Source: Strigamia acuminata (Eukaryota). Taken from it: a stretch of 64,000 bases of DNA. The notes under the pieces were generated by a model. That model saw nothing but the letters and a program-made list of their open reading frames with translations, was not told the origin of the DNA and did not search any database. The DNA lies in NCBI GenBank assembly GCA_949358305.1, contig OX442314.1:930001-994000 (forward strand), written 5' to 3'. The first letter of the stretch is position 1, and the number at the start of each line of letters is the position of its first letter. Shown here one piece after another: positions 1 through 11,300 of the stretch. The position numbers were made by a program, and so were the translations under genes.

Positions 1-1179
1 TTCCAATAAACCGGGAAAATGGTGGTTAACCTCCGCCTTTGCTTTTTCGATCCCTACCAAGTTGGTTGGTGGCATGAACGGTGATATCATAAGAATGACC
101 GGCTCTGGCGTAGGAGTGCAGGGGCGCGGAGGCGACACATCGAAATTTGGATCATACACAATATCGGTGCTCGGGGGCTCACTGGACATGGTACAGGAAT
201 CCAAGTTCAAATTATCCCAAGCTGAAACTTGAGGTGGCGAGGAAGTCGACGGCTCGTCTTTGACCAAACAGGAATCCGATAGGATTTTTACTTGGGTCGT
301 GCATCTCTGAGGTGCTACAACCCCTCCATGGGGTGTATTCTCCCTCGACATGGTAGCCGGATCCTCGTGTATTGCGATTTCTGGCCCCTTATGGATTAAA
401 CCGCAATTACGACAAGTTGCCCAGTTTCGCGCAGTTGGAGTTGTGAGACCTTTAACTACATATGGTTCTATGTCTACATTCCATAACTTGTTTAATGGTA
501 AGCGTTTCGACCCGTGACAATTTACGCATACGACTGCATGCACACCACTCATCAATGAAGAGAGCCACCCGCAACCTGAACATAAAGGGCAGAACCCAGT
601 TTTCGAATTCGGAGGAATCAGAGTTCCTAAGGCGGCGGTATCCAGATCTTTGAATACAATCTCCTTACGGGCTTTCCTATACAAGGGTAAATTCATCTCA
701 CTTATGGATTGGGAACCTCCTCGTGTGAGAGCTTCGGCGGACGAGTTGATGGTGGAACCCGTTTGCTTAACAATGGCCTGACTACTCTGGTTAGGACGTT
801 GTTGCTTGCCCTTATTCGTTTGACGTCCTTGAGGTCGTTGAGATGCATTTCCTTGTTGGAAGCTGTCTCGACGGTCCTGGCGAGAGTTAGACCGAGATCG
901 TTGTATTTCGTCTGACTGATCCCAGGTTTGATCGTCCGAATGAACGTACGCGACTGTTCGTCGATTTCGACCAGGGTTTCTGGGAGCTGGGGCTTGGACG
1001 TCAATTCCCATGGCATTGAGGATTTCCGGAGGTACAACTCCTGGATTATCACGTGCCCAGTTTGCCACAATTTCGGGATTTGAGGAAGTGTTGACGAAAC
1101 GGTAATCAGTTTCCTCCTCTTCTTCGTCAGTATCCCAGTGTACATATTGGCGTTTGGGTGCCTTTCCTTTCCGACTCAT
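1..1179 (-). CDS. ORF3 downstream of outer pol, at least 393 codons, unknown protein with CxxCxGxG-type and CxxCxxxH Cys motifs (partial, no stop in window)
   Basis: Manual translation finds no stop from ATG 1179 to base 1. It reads MSRKGKAPKRQYVHWDTDEEEEETD...MNLPLYRKARKEIVF...FCPLCSGCGW...VCVNCHGSK...TCRNCGLIH... An acceptor-like TAACAG lies 5 nt upstream of the ATG (AG at 1186-1185). Confidence 0.7.
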   Translation of the reverse strand, partial: MSRKGKAPKRQYVHWDTDEEEEETDYRFVNTSSNPEIVANWARDNPGVVPPEILNAMGIDVQAPAPRNPGRNRRTVAYVHSDDQTWDQSDEIQRSRSNSRQDRRDSFQQGNASQRPQGRQTNKGKQQRPNQSSQAIVKQTGSTINSSAEALTRGGSQSISEMNLPLYRKARKEIVFKDLDTAALGTLIPPNSKTGFCPLCSGCGWLSSLMSGVHAVVCVNCHGSKRLPLNKLWNVDIEPYVVKGLTTPTARNWATCRNCGLIHKGPEIAIHEDPATMSRENTPHGGVVAPQRCTTQVKILSDSCLVKDEPSTSSPPQVSAWDNLNLDSCTMSSEPPSTDIVYDPNFDVSPPRPCTPTPEPVILMISPFMPPTNLVGIEKAKAEVNHHFPGLLE

Positions 1180-2316
1180 GATATCTGTTATATTAAAATT
1201 TAAAAAAATTTAATATTCACTAAATTTTCCAGAAAAATGGTTCTAAACTAAATATCCTATCGAATATTAAACTTAGAACCAATTCGTCAACTGAAAATTG
1301 ATATGATAAAGCGGAATTTTAATTGCTGAAATAATTTCGTTCAACAAAAGAATTTCATCAACAGAAATAAATTCAATCACGGTTATTTTTATAAAATAAA
1401 CGTGAATTCTTCGTTCTCCGCAATTCGGGAAATAAATAATCATCCAGACAAATAACTCGCCATCTGGCGGTGAAATTTGAAAGTACCACGTGTCGATTAT
1501 AGCACGTGTAAATTCATAATTTTCAAAAAATAACTGAATTTATCTTAATTAGACTCTATCAGACAATCTTTGATTTTAATAAATCATAGTATAACTTACT
1601 GACTGAAAGAATCTCGATTTGATAGTTGAAATCCTTCCTTCGTGAGGTCGAAGTTGGTTTGTAGCGAAGATTGACTCCTTAATATCTAAAGATATGCGTG
1701 GGATAATCCTTCACTAGGTCTTAACATGAACATAATTTATACAAAATGTTTACTGTTAATATGCTGGAAAGGAATGAACGTTCCGTGGCGATTTGGCGAG
1801 ACACTAACTTCGGAGCGAGTTGAAAAATCCGAGTCGGTGCTTTTTCGACAGTGGGTCACTCGTGGGAACTGATGATATTGAATAATTTGAATCAATATCT
1901 ACCAGGCATAATGTGTATTGCATTTTGTAACTCACCGAAAGTTGAATTTTGAGGTCAAAAACGCAGAAAATATTCCAAGTGTATCACTCTCGGTTAACAT
2001 TGAACTTAGCGGATAAGTGAGAAAATACTCTCCAACGGGGGGTTAGGGAAGTTTCGAGGGGTAATCTGATTGGCTCTTAATTACTCATCTCGAAGTTTCT
2101 ACTAACTCCAAAGGGGGACACAGATTCAAGTTAATGTTTACACGTAAACTAATTTAAATACAATCAGATCGTGCAGAAATAACTCAAACAATTGTTAAAT
2201 TTTATCCACATTCGCAAAAAATGTTTTTAATTTAGTAAAACTTAACAATCTTTCTGAATATATAATAAATAAATAAAGTTTTCTTATTAAATTTATTCTT
2301 CTGATTTTATCATGTT

Positions 2317-3563
2317 TCAACCCAATTTGACATGTTTTAAGCAATTTATTAATTGTACAAAATCACTCACGTATTTCGGGTTCGGCTTGGGTTTCCGCTT
2401 AGACTGTCGAACGGGAGACGGAAATCTTTTCCTCTTTTTAGTTGACGTTTGAGGATTCTCGCCATCTTTAGAAGGGCTTGGAGGAGTTTTTTCCTCTTTT
2501 TCCTCATCTAAATCTTCGGATTCGTCTAACACTTCGGTTTCCATGGATACAGGTTCATTTATCAATTCCGTAGAATTAATAACTTGGCTTGCCATCCAAT
2601 CTGGAGTCGGGTGTGACTCGTTGGTACCAACTTTCTGATCTAATGTCCATTCCTCAATTGGGTAACTTGGGATATAAGGCATTAAATCCTGAATGTTGAT
2701 TGCTTGGGCCTTCGTGTTATCGGAAAGCTTCCGTAACTCGTAGGAACCTCCGCCTAGAACTCTCGTAATTTCCCAAGGTCCATCGCGTTTCTCAGCGAAC
2801 CCTGCTGAAATCCCTTTATCTTTGTTTGATAAAATATGTGTGGCTTTCCACACGAGATCTCCTTTAGCAAATTGGCAAATATAATATTTGTCTTTGTGTA
2901 ACCGATCGTGCTTCTCATAATTCGACTGAATTTTTCGATGCATCTCGCTGTGAGCACGTCTAATTACATCTAAAATACTATATACGTAGGCCTCGGGATT
3001 TTCTTTGTCAAATTTGATGGCGTGTTTAGTAATACGTGGATCAAATGGCAAAGGAACACTTCTTCCCGTGTTTAAAATCATCGGTGAATAATTCGTTGCT
3101 TCGCTTTTGGCTGTTCGCATCGCAAAAGCAAAAGAATTCAAAAACTTTGGCCAGTGTGAGTGAATATCTGAGTATAAAGCTAACATCATTTTCAAAGTTC
3201 TGTTGGCACGCTCTGTAATGTTTGCAGCAGCGTGGTAAGGACTGATATGGGCTATATCAACGTAATTTCTTTGGCAGAATTCATTGAAAATAGTTGAGAC
3301 GAATTGTTTGCCATTGTCGGAGATTATCTTTTTGGGATATCCCCACCGGTGGAAAACTTCGCTCATTTTATTAACGACGCATTCACTTGATGCTGTCGCC
3401 AAGGGAAAAACCTCAATCCACTTCGTACAATTATCAATGATTACTAAAATCCATTTTAATTGAGAACGACCGGCTGGTTTTGGTCCCATCAGATCAATAC
3501 TCACTGTTTCCCACGGATTGGTCATGTTGTGGGGTGTGTAGTTCGCACGATGCTTCTGGTGTT
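2317..3563 (-). CDS. Outer element pol, 3' part: integrase catalytic core and C-terminus
   Basis: PWETVSIDLMGP, ISDNGKQF, YHAAANITERANR (DDE triad) and GPY/F-like DGPWEI. It rejoins 8360+ in frame when the nested element is removed. Confidence 0.93.
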
Positions 3564-3717
3564 TGTGTTGTTAGATGCTTAAATCTGGAGGCTGATGAAA
3601 TAACATGAGGACGCCATTACAGTGTAGAAAACAACAACTAGTGCCACCTTTTAATGGTACACATAAGTATAATACAAGAACGCCATCTGGCGTGATAAAT
3701 ACACAACATATCACACA
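3564..3717 (-). repeat. 3' LTR of nested element
   Basis: Identical to 8206-8359 by eye. Adjacent polypurine tract GGGAGGGGGA (minus strand) at 3718-3727. Confidence 0.97.
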
Positions 3718-3770
3718 TCCCCCTCCCAGTTACAAAGTTATAATTGGAACGAAACAAACGAAAAGACTTC

Positions 3771-6700
3771 TTAGCATTCTTCAATGAGCCGACTTGGCTT
3801 GTTGACCGCTCTTCCGCTCCTCGTAACCATTGGTCTTGGAGATGTTCGCCTCGTCTCTGGTGATTGTCGAACCGGAACCGGAATCTCGGCTGTCGCTGGA
3901 GCCTGTTGTCCCATTGGTGGTTCCTCGACCTCACTGGACTCATCTGCTTGGCTGTCCCCTGGATCGATGTCGTCCGGCTTGTCCGAATCATTCTTCAGTG
4001 GGATGAGGTGGAATCGATTGCGTTGCACCGTTCGCTTATCGGTGTTAACAATGTATGAGCGCGGTCGTCCCGCCTTCTTCTCGATGACGCCCGATCGCCT
4101 CAAATCGATGATCCAAACCTTCTCGCCTGGTTGTAGATCTGGAAGATCCCTCGCTCGATGTCGCTTATCGAAATTCCTCTTTTGGTCTGCTATTCTCTTC
4201 TCCTCCTTCCCCCGAAGAAGTTTCGCATCTGGAGTCTTTGGCATCAGTTGGGTTGCGGCGATCGGAACTTCGGTCCTGATTTTCCGCCCCATCAGCAGCT
4301 CCGCGGGTGAGAATCCGTTTGCCAGTGGAGTCGCACGATAGCTTTGAAGTGCTTTAAAGCCGTCGCTAGATTTCTTCAAAATCCGCTTGATGACTTTGAC
4401 CCCGGCTTCTGCGAACCCGTTACTCTGAGGATATTTCGGACTCGATGTAGTGTGGATAAATTTCCAGTCCGCCGCGAATATGGAAAACTCCGATTTTAAT
4501 AGAGTTCCAAATTGCGTTCCATTATCGCTGACCACTTCTGCTGGTGTTCCGTGTCGCGAAAATATCGATTTTAGGAATAGAATCACTTCGCTTTCCTTGA
4601 GCGATGTCAGCGTCTTGACTTCTGGATACCGCGAGTAGTAATCTTCAACGAGCAAATACCACCGACGATCCAAATAGAAAAGATCCATGCCAACTTTTTG
4701 CCATGGCCGTTTCGGGAATTCCGCTGGCATGAGTGGTTCGTGAGGATTTGTGGACTCTTTGATGCATTCCGTACACGTGGAAATGCGTTTTTCAACGTCC
4801 CTTGAAATCCCTGGCCACCAAACCGCAGACCTTGCCCTGGCTCGACATTTTGTGATTCCTAAGTGTCCCGTGTGGATCTTGTCCAATATGAATTCTCGTA
4901 ATTCCGCTGGGATCACAATCCTTGACCCTTTCATGAGTAGGCCTTCTTCTATGGCTATCTCATCTCGGTATTGCCAAAAGTCTCCTAACCCTTGCGGTAA
5001 TTGGTCTTTGGCTGGCCATCCATGTTGACTGAACTGCCGAAGCTTGATGCAAATCGGATCCCTGTTCTGAACCTCTATGATTTCACCCAAGCGTTGGTCA
5101 GTTGCTTGAAGATGCTTGGTGATCAGCTGCACATATGCAGTCACACAACCCTCGAGTCGTTGCTCAATGTCGCCATCTTCTTCAGTGTCCGGCAATGGAC
5201 GCCTTGACAAAACATCAGCCGCGCCTAACTCCTTGCCTGGAATGTGCTTGACCGTGTAGCAGTATCGCTGAAGTCTAAGTCGCATCCGTTGCAATTTTGG
5301 AGTGATCTCGTCGAGTTCCTTCGTCATCAAGATGGGTACCAACGGCTTGTGGTCAGTTTCCAGACAGACGGGAATTCCAATGATGAAGTTCTTGAACCTC
5401 TCACATGCCCATACGAGAGCATATCCCTCTTTCTCTATCTGTGCCCAATTCTTCTGACATTTCGTTAAGGTTTTACTCGCGTAGGCAATCGGCCTGAATT
5501 TGCCGTCTTTTTGCTTTTGTTTAAGCACTGCGCCGACTCCGTACGAAGACGCATCTGCTGTGATCACTGTCTCTCTCGTAGGATCGAACCACGCTAATGT
5601 TGGGGCCTTTGATAATTCCTCTTTAATGGCGTCAAACGCTGTTTCTTGCTGCGTCCCCCATCGGAATTCATTCTTGCCGCCCAATAGTTCATTCAACGGG
5701 TGTGCTTTTGTCGCCAAATTCGGGATGAATCTACCCAGGTAATTGACTGAACCCAGTAGACTTCGTAATTCCGACACATTTTCGGGTTTGCCCATTTTTC
5801 TAATGGCAACAATCCGGTCGTCATCGACATGAACTCCGGCTTGATCAATGATGTGTCCCAGGAATTTTATCTTGGTTTTCCCGAACTCGCATTTCGCTAC
5901 GTTCAACGTTATTCCCGCTTCTAGCAAGCGTTGGAGTACTGCACGTAAACGTCTATCATGTTCCTCAATGGTGTCGCCATAAACTAATATGTCATCAACG
6001 TTGACTTGCTTGCCTTCCAATCCTTCAAGGATTTCGCTCATCCTTTTCTGAAAGAATTCAGGTGCTGCGTTTATGCCGAAAGGAAGCCTCTTGAACATGT
6101 ATCGGCCAAATGGAGTGATGAATGTTGTCAACAGCCGTGATTCGGCATCCAACTGACACTGCCAAAAGCCATGATTGGCATCGAGCTTTGAAAAATACTT
6201 TGCTTTTCCTAGTCGACCCAACACGTTCTCAGTAACGGGCATCGGATGTGTTTCTCGCATTACGTAGCGATTAAGCCTCACATAATCCACGCACATGCGA
6301 ATCGATCCGTCGGGCTTTGGTGCCAAAACCAGCCCAGAACACCAATCTGTTGGTTCTTCTACCCGTTCTATTACTCCCAATAATACCATCTTGTCGAGGT
6401 TTGCTTTTATCTCGTTTAGTAAAGGAATCGGAACTCTTCGAGGTGTCATTAACGCATATGGACTTGCATCAGGTTTCAGTCGTATTTTGTACGGTATTTC
6501 GACGCGCCCCAAACCGCTGAATAGCTTCGGGTAAGCCGTCTTCGGATCGAATGACATCTTTGGTGTCTTCTCCGTTTTCACCGCATCAACTCCGCAACGT
6601 CTGATGATGTCCAACTCTTCGCAGGTATCGCCATCTAGTAATGGCTGCATCAAACCTCGAACGACATAAATTGCCGTTAATTTCGACCGTCCCCGGTACT

Positions 6701-7790
6701 CGATTTTCTCCCATAACATTCCTAATGTTTCCATTTTTCCTTTGGTCGCATTGTGCAAGTTCAGCTCGGGTTTCCGTAATTTTCTATCGGAAAAATAGTC
6801 CATGTAGACTTCCTCGGGAATACATGTCGTTTCGGCGCCGGAATCTGCCTTGAATGTAATTCTTGCGTTCCTGATCTCGACCGACACATGCCATCTTCCC
6901 TGTCGACTGGCAACTCCATTGACTGATTCAATGTAAGCATCCGTCGCTTCATCAACCCCTTGAACCGCTGCACTTCGACAAACCCTCGCATAATGACCTT
7001 TGCGATTGCATTTGTGACATGTCAGCCTCGTTGCTGGGCAATCCTTCATCGGATGGAATCCGCCGCCACATCTGCCGCAATTACTCGAGTTTTTCGATGC
7101 ATTCTTCGGCTGTGTTTTGGGACCGCCGTCCGGTTTGCTCGATTTCCCGCTGTCGTCTGGCCGTTCCGTCTTCTTTTTCCAGAAGTTGGATCGTTGCGCC
7201 TTCTTGGAGTCAACTCGATCCACGGACTTATTGGTCGATGACGCTTCCAGCAATGTTTTCGACTGCGAATTGACTTGTTCAGACTGTTTCGTCATCTCGA
7301 TTGCCTTCGCCAGTGTTAAGTTGCTTTGAAGCTGAAGCTTCTTTGCCATCGCCTTGTCCCGGATGCCATTCACAATCTTATCGCGGATAAACTCGTCGTA
7401 CAATGCATCAAATTTGCAGTGCTTGGCCGCTGTGTGCAATGCTGTGATGTATTCGTCCATTGTTTCACCGTCCTTTTGCTGGCGGTTGTAGAACATGGCT
7501 CGCTCATAAATCACGTTTGTTGTCGTAACAAATTTTGCCTCAAAAGCTGCCTTCACTTTTGCATAATCGTGCTTGTCTGGATCCGCCAATTTAAATGATG
7601 TGTAAATGTCATTTGCTGTGTCCCCCATGTGGTAAAGGAGTGAAGCCACTTGCTTTTTGCCTGGCTGTGTGTCCAAATCCACCATGGAGCGAAACAACTC
7701 AAATCTGGCAATCCATCTTGGCCAATCTGCAGCATTCTTGAAGTCAAATTCATCCGGTGGTTTGCAAATGCTGTGCTCCACTTTTGCCAT
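3771..7790 (-). CDS. Gag-Pol polyprotein of nested element (1339 aa)
   Basis: Two zinc knuckles (CGRC...H...C, CHKCNRKGHYARVC), protease ADSGA, RT (LPFGI, NVDD), RNase H (ADASSYG, ETDHKPL) and integrase (HTGH...CTEC, DLF, SDNG). Confidence 0.97.
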   Translation of the reverse strand: MAKVEHSICKPPDEFDFKNAADWPRWIARFELFRSMVDLDTQPGKKQVASLLYHMGDTANDIYTSFKLADPDKHDYAKVKAAFEAKFVTTTNVIYERAMFYNRQQKDGETMDEYITALHTAAKHCKFDALYDEFIRDKIVNGIRDKAMAKKLQLQSNLTLAKAIEMTKQSEQVNSQSKTLLEASSTNKSVDRVDSKKAQRSNFWKKKTERPDDSGKSSKPDGGPKTQPKNASKNSSNCGRCGGGFHPMKDCPATRLTCHKCNRKGHYARVCRSAAVQGVDEATDAYIESVNGVASRQGRWHVSVEIRNARITFKADSGAETTCIPEEVYMDYFSDRKLRKPELNLHNATKGKMETLGMLWEKIEYRGRSKLTAIYVVRGLMQPLLDGDTCEELDIIRRCGVDAVKTEKTPKMSFDPKTAYPKLFSGLGRVEIPYKIRLKPDASPYALMTPRRVPIPLLNEIKANLDKMVLLGVIERVEEPTDWCSGLVLAPKPDGSIRMCVDYVRLNRYVMRETHPMPVTENVLGRLGKAKYFSKLDANHGFWQCQLDAESRLLTTFITPFGRYMFKRLPFGINAAPEFFQKRMSEILEGLEGKQVNVDDILVYGDTIEEHDRRLRAVLQRLLEAGITLNVAKCEFGKTKIKFLGHIIDQAGVHVDDDRIVAIRKMGKPENVSELRSLLGSVNYLGRFIPNLATKAHPLNELLGGKNEFRWGTQQETAFDAIKEELSKAPTLAWFDPTRETVITADASSYGVGAVLKQKQKDGKFRPIAYASKTLTKCQKNWAQIEKEGYALVWACERFKNFIIGIPVCLETDHKPLVPILMTKELDEITPKLQRMRLRLQRYCYTVKHIPGKELGAADVLSRRPLPDTEEDGDIEQRLEGCVTAYVQLITKHLQATDQRLGEIIEVQNRDPICIKLRQFSQHGWPAKDQLPQGLGDFWQYRDEIAIEEGLLMKGSRIVIPAELREFILDKIHTGHLGITKCRARARSAVWWPGISRDVEKRISTCTECIKESTNPHEPLMPAEFPKRPWQKVGMDLFYLDRRWYLLVEDYYSRYPEVKTLTSLKESEVILFLKSIFSRHGTPAEVVSDNGTQFGTLLKSEFSIFAADWKFIHTTSSPKYPQSNGFAEAGVKVIKRILKKSSDGFKALQSYRATPLANGFSPAELLMGRKIRTEVPIAATQLMPKTPDAKLLRGKEEKRIADQKRNFDKRHRARDLPDLQPGEKVWIIDLRRSGVIEKKAGRPRSYIVNTDKRTVQRNRFHLIPLKNDSDKPDDIDPGDSQADESSEVEEPPMGQQAPATAEIPVPVRQSPETRRTSPRPMVTRSGRAVNKPSRLIEEC

Positions 7791-8193
7791 TATTTGTGGA
7801 ATGTTTTTCTCTTCCTTCTCCTCCTCTTGGTCCTCTAGTATGGGCTCAATGATGAGTAAGGCTAAAATTCCTTTTTCACTTCCTTCTCCTCCTCTTGGTC
7901 CTCTAGTATGGGCTCAATGATGAGTAAGGACTCAATTCCTTGTCTTCTTCAAACAAAAGGCACATTTGCCAGCTTCTACAGACGAAAATTGTCGAAAATT
8001 GACGAAAATAGACGAATCTCGAAGAATACTCGGCAAATAATCGGCGTGCTCGAGCTCGCGCATCAACGTCGCACTTGTTGCTCACGATCGCACGTCGTTT
8101 TCGGTCCCAAATGTCTGAATTTTGTATGGCCTACCGTCCTTATTGACGTATCTTCACCCAGTTGATATTTCCAACCAATTTCCAGTGTGATTT

Positions 8194-8205
8194 CCGCTGC
8201 CACCA
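8194..8205 (-). promoter_or_regulatory. Primer-binding site of nested element (tRNA-Leu type)
   Basis: TGGTGGCAGCGG directly follows the 5' LTR and is complementary to the ...CCGCUGCCACCA 3' end of metazoan tRNA-Leu. Confidence 0.8.
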
Positions 8206-8359
8206 TGTGTTGTTAGATGCTTAAATCTGGAGGCTGATGAAATAACATGAGGACGCCATTACAGTGTAGAAAACAACAACTAGTGCCACCTTTTAATGGT
8301 ACACATAAGTATAATACAAGAACGCCATCTGGCGTGATAAATACACAACATATCACACA
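8206..8359 (-). repeat. 5' LTR of nested element
   Basis: Identical to 3564-3717, followed on the minus strand by the PBS. Confidence 0.97.
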
Positions 8360-11300
8360 GTGTTGACTAGGTTTGTATTGTTGGCAATGAGTGCAACTGC
8401 GAACATAGTTTCGAGTGTCTTTACTCATTTTAGGCCAAAAATACATTTGTTTGACTCTATCTAGAGTCTTGCTTATGCCAGCGTGTCCTGTGAGAGGATG
8501 ACCATGACATGCGAATAGTGCACGTCTCACAAGAGAGCGTGGAATTACCGCCTTAAACCCGTTGCCGGAGTCGTTTAACTCTTCCTCATCGGTCGGGGCA
8601 AAATAAATTAGCATAACACCTTTATTTTCTTCCGGTCCGTCGAGAGTGTAGCCACGAATCGCGTTTAACCAATGTTTATCCGTGACACGATTTTTTAATT
8701 TTTCGTCTCCTTTTAGGTAAACAAGGATTTTACTACACTCGGTGTCTTTCAACTGCGCTTCGATAATTTCTTGGCGAGTTGGTGGGACTACTTTCAGAAT
8801 ATCTGTTAATGCAGTGTGAATACTCTCGTGTTGGCACTTGTGAATATTTTTATGTTCACAGTTTTCTCTTGTACACCCTTTATCCTCCTCCTTTTCCTCA
8901 GAATTATGAAATCTGACAGATTGTAATGATTCTGAGAAAACTTTCTGGTTGATTTCAACATTTGTTAAAAAATGTTTGTGTTCAACCGTGGTCACTTGCA
9001 GGGAAGCGCATCTATTTCCATTCCAAGTCGGATAGAAATGGGTAATTTCTTCCGGCTCGATATAGTCGTAGTCAGGGGTGTCTAATGCTGATAATGGGGC
9101 GCGTGATAGGGCGTCGGCCACCTGGTTCATTGCGCCGCGTCTAAAGTTAATTTTAAACGCGCCACACTGGATCTTGACGGCCCAACGTCCAAATCTTCCC
9201 GATGGTTCCGGCGTACTCATTAACCAGCTAAGGGCCTGGGCATCGGACTCCAAAGTGAAAGTTGTATATTCAATATACGGTCGAAACCGTTCAATTGCCC
9301 ACACAACGGCTAAGCATTCTAACTCTGGTGTGGAATATCGCACTTCGGCCCCGTGTAGTACTCGGCTGGCGTACGCGACTGCCTTCGGGACCATGATTAA
9401 TTTCTGTTTCTTTTCACAGAATAATTCTACATCCTGGCAGAGTACTGCACCCAAGCCTGAATGAGAAGCATCTGTCAAAATGACAAAAGGCTTATTCATA
9501 TCTGGCATGTGGAGGAGAGCTTGATCTTTGTCGCACAAAATATCTTTGATAGTTTCAAACGCAGTTATTTGTGGACAATCCCATACAAAGGTGGCTTGGT
9601 CATGCATAATACTTGTCAATGGACGGGCAATATTCGCAATATTAGGAATGAATTTTCGGAAAAAATTTGCAAGTCCTATAAATCGTTGAATGTCTTTTGA
9701 ACAAGTTGGTTTGGGGAAATTTCTTACAGCCGAGACTTTGTCGGGGTCTGGAAGAAGGGATCCCTCAGAAATCAGATGGCCTAAAAATCGTAATGATGTT
9801 CGACCAAATTTAGATTTGTCCTTATTGATAGTTAGATTCGCGGCGTCTAACTTCTTAAGTACGTCTCTAATATGCAATAAATGATTTTCCCATGTGTCTG
9901 AAAAAATGATTATATCATCTAAATAGACAAGGGCATGTTTGTATAAAGAGTCGCCTAATACTTTAGTCATGAGGTGTTGAAAAGAGCTTGGTGCATTACA
10001 AAGACCAAATGGCAACCTTTTGAATTGAAATTTGCCTTTTGGGGTGTAAAAAGCAGTTTTACTCTTATCTTCCTCTTCCATTTCCATTTGATGGTAACCT
10101 TTAGTTAGATCAATGGATGTAAAGTATTTTGCCTGATTAGTATGATGAATCAAAAGATCAATACTAGGCATCTGGATTGCGTCAACTTCCGTGATTGCAT
10201 TCAACCAACGGTAATCTATACACAAGCGGTATTTTCCGCCGGGTTTAGCCACTATAACGGGGTGACTTATGTACGGGCCGGTTGCAGGCTCGATTAAACC
10301 ATCGGCCTCCAATTCCTCGACCAATTCAGTCATTATGGCTTTCTTAGCCGGATTATACATCCTGTAAGGCTGGTGTTTCCAAGTAGCACCAGGTTTAAAC
10401 TTAATACTATGCTTGGCAACCTTCGTACAGCCCAATTGGTCTCGGAATACGTTTTTTAAGTCTAAAAGAACGTTTACGAGTAATTGTTTTTCTTCAATTG
10501 AACTGTCGCATCCTTCAACAAGTTTCTCAGCCCAGTCAGGTGAGGTGGGTACTTCTTCTCCTTGCAAATTAAGAGTTTTAATATTTGCTAAACAACAATT
10601 AAGTTCAGTGGTTTCGTACGGTGCTGTCCATCCTGGCATGTCATCACAGGTGAACACCGCTCGTTTCGGATTCAGGTTAACTCCTGTCCTACGCATGAAG
10701 TTATGTCCTAAAATTAATCCACATACATTTTTCTGTAAAATGATGAAATTAATGGGCGTAACCTTCTTATCTGCCCATTTTACACAAAGTGTAATTTGGC
10801 CGAGTGGGCGATGATCTATGCCCACAGCACAAACTCTCATTCCACGTGGACATTCTTGAATGAATTCTACGGGGATCTCTGTGTTTGAAAGGAGTTGAAT
10901 TCCAATAAAACACTGTGTAGCGCCGGAATCTACTAATGCGTTGTAGTTCAAACCTCCAATTTGAACGTTCATACGCGGATCGTCTTTACGACCATTCATA
11001 AGTTTGCTACTACACAATTTTCCAAGAAGTTCTACTCTTTCTTTGCCATTCCATTTTTCAATTTTAAGAAGTTTTCTTAATTTGAATACTTTGGGTTTAA
11101 GAGGTTTCTTTGGTGCATTCCATTTACCGTTGAAAATACTTAAATTTTCTAACTGGTCAGTCATTGCTTGTAAATTCTCTTCGACACCACCAGTAGAACT
11201 ACTGGTTCGCCGACAGACAGGTACAGCCTCATAAGATATTACTAGTGAAGGTGGTTTATTTACAGTTTCATCAAGGTATGGAACTGTCAAATGTTTAGGT

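Larger units (their letters stand above)
3564..8359 (-). mobile_element. Intact nested Ty3/Gypsy LTR retrotransposon (Mag-like), 4796 bp
   Basis: Two identical 154 bp LTRs (TGTG...CACA), 5 bp target-site duplication GTGTT at 3559-3563 and 8360-8364, PBS, PPT and a single uninterrupted gag-pol ORF. Confidence 0.97.

Noticed and set aside
702..1145. 147 aa minus-strand ORF in the track
   Set aside because: It is an alternative frame overlapping the much longer ORF3 and has no recognisable motifs.
3784..7598. Plus-strand ORFs antisense to gag-pol
   Set aside because: Short shadow ORFs of a long coding sequence with no independent signal.
8213..8359. Cys-rich hydrophobic C-terminus of the 1025 aa pol ORF (CVICCVFIT...)
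   Set aside because: Read-through into the nested LTR, not a real domain.
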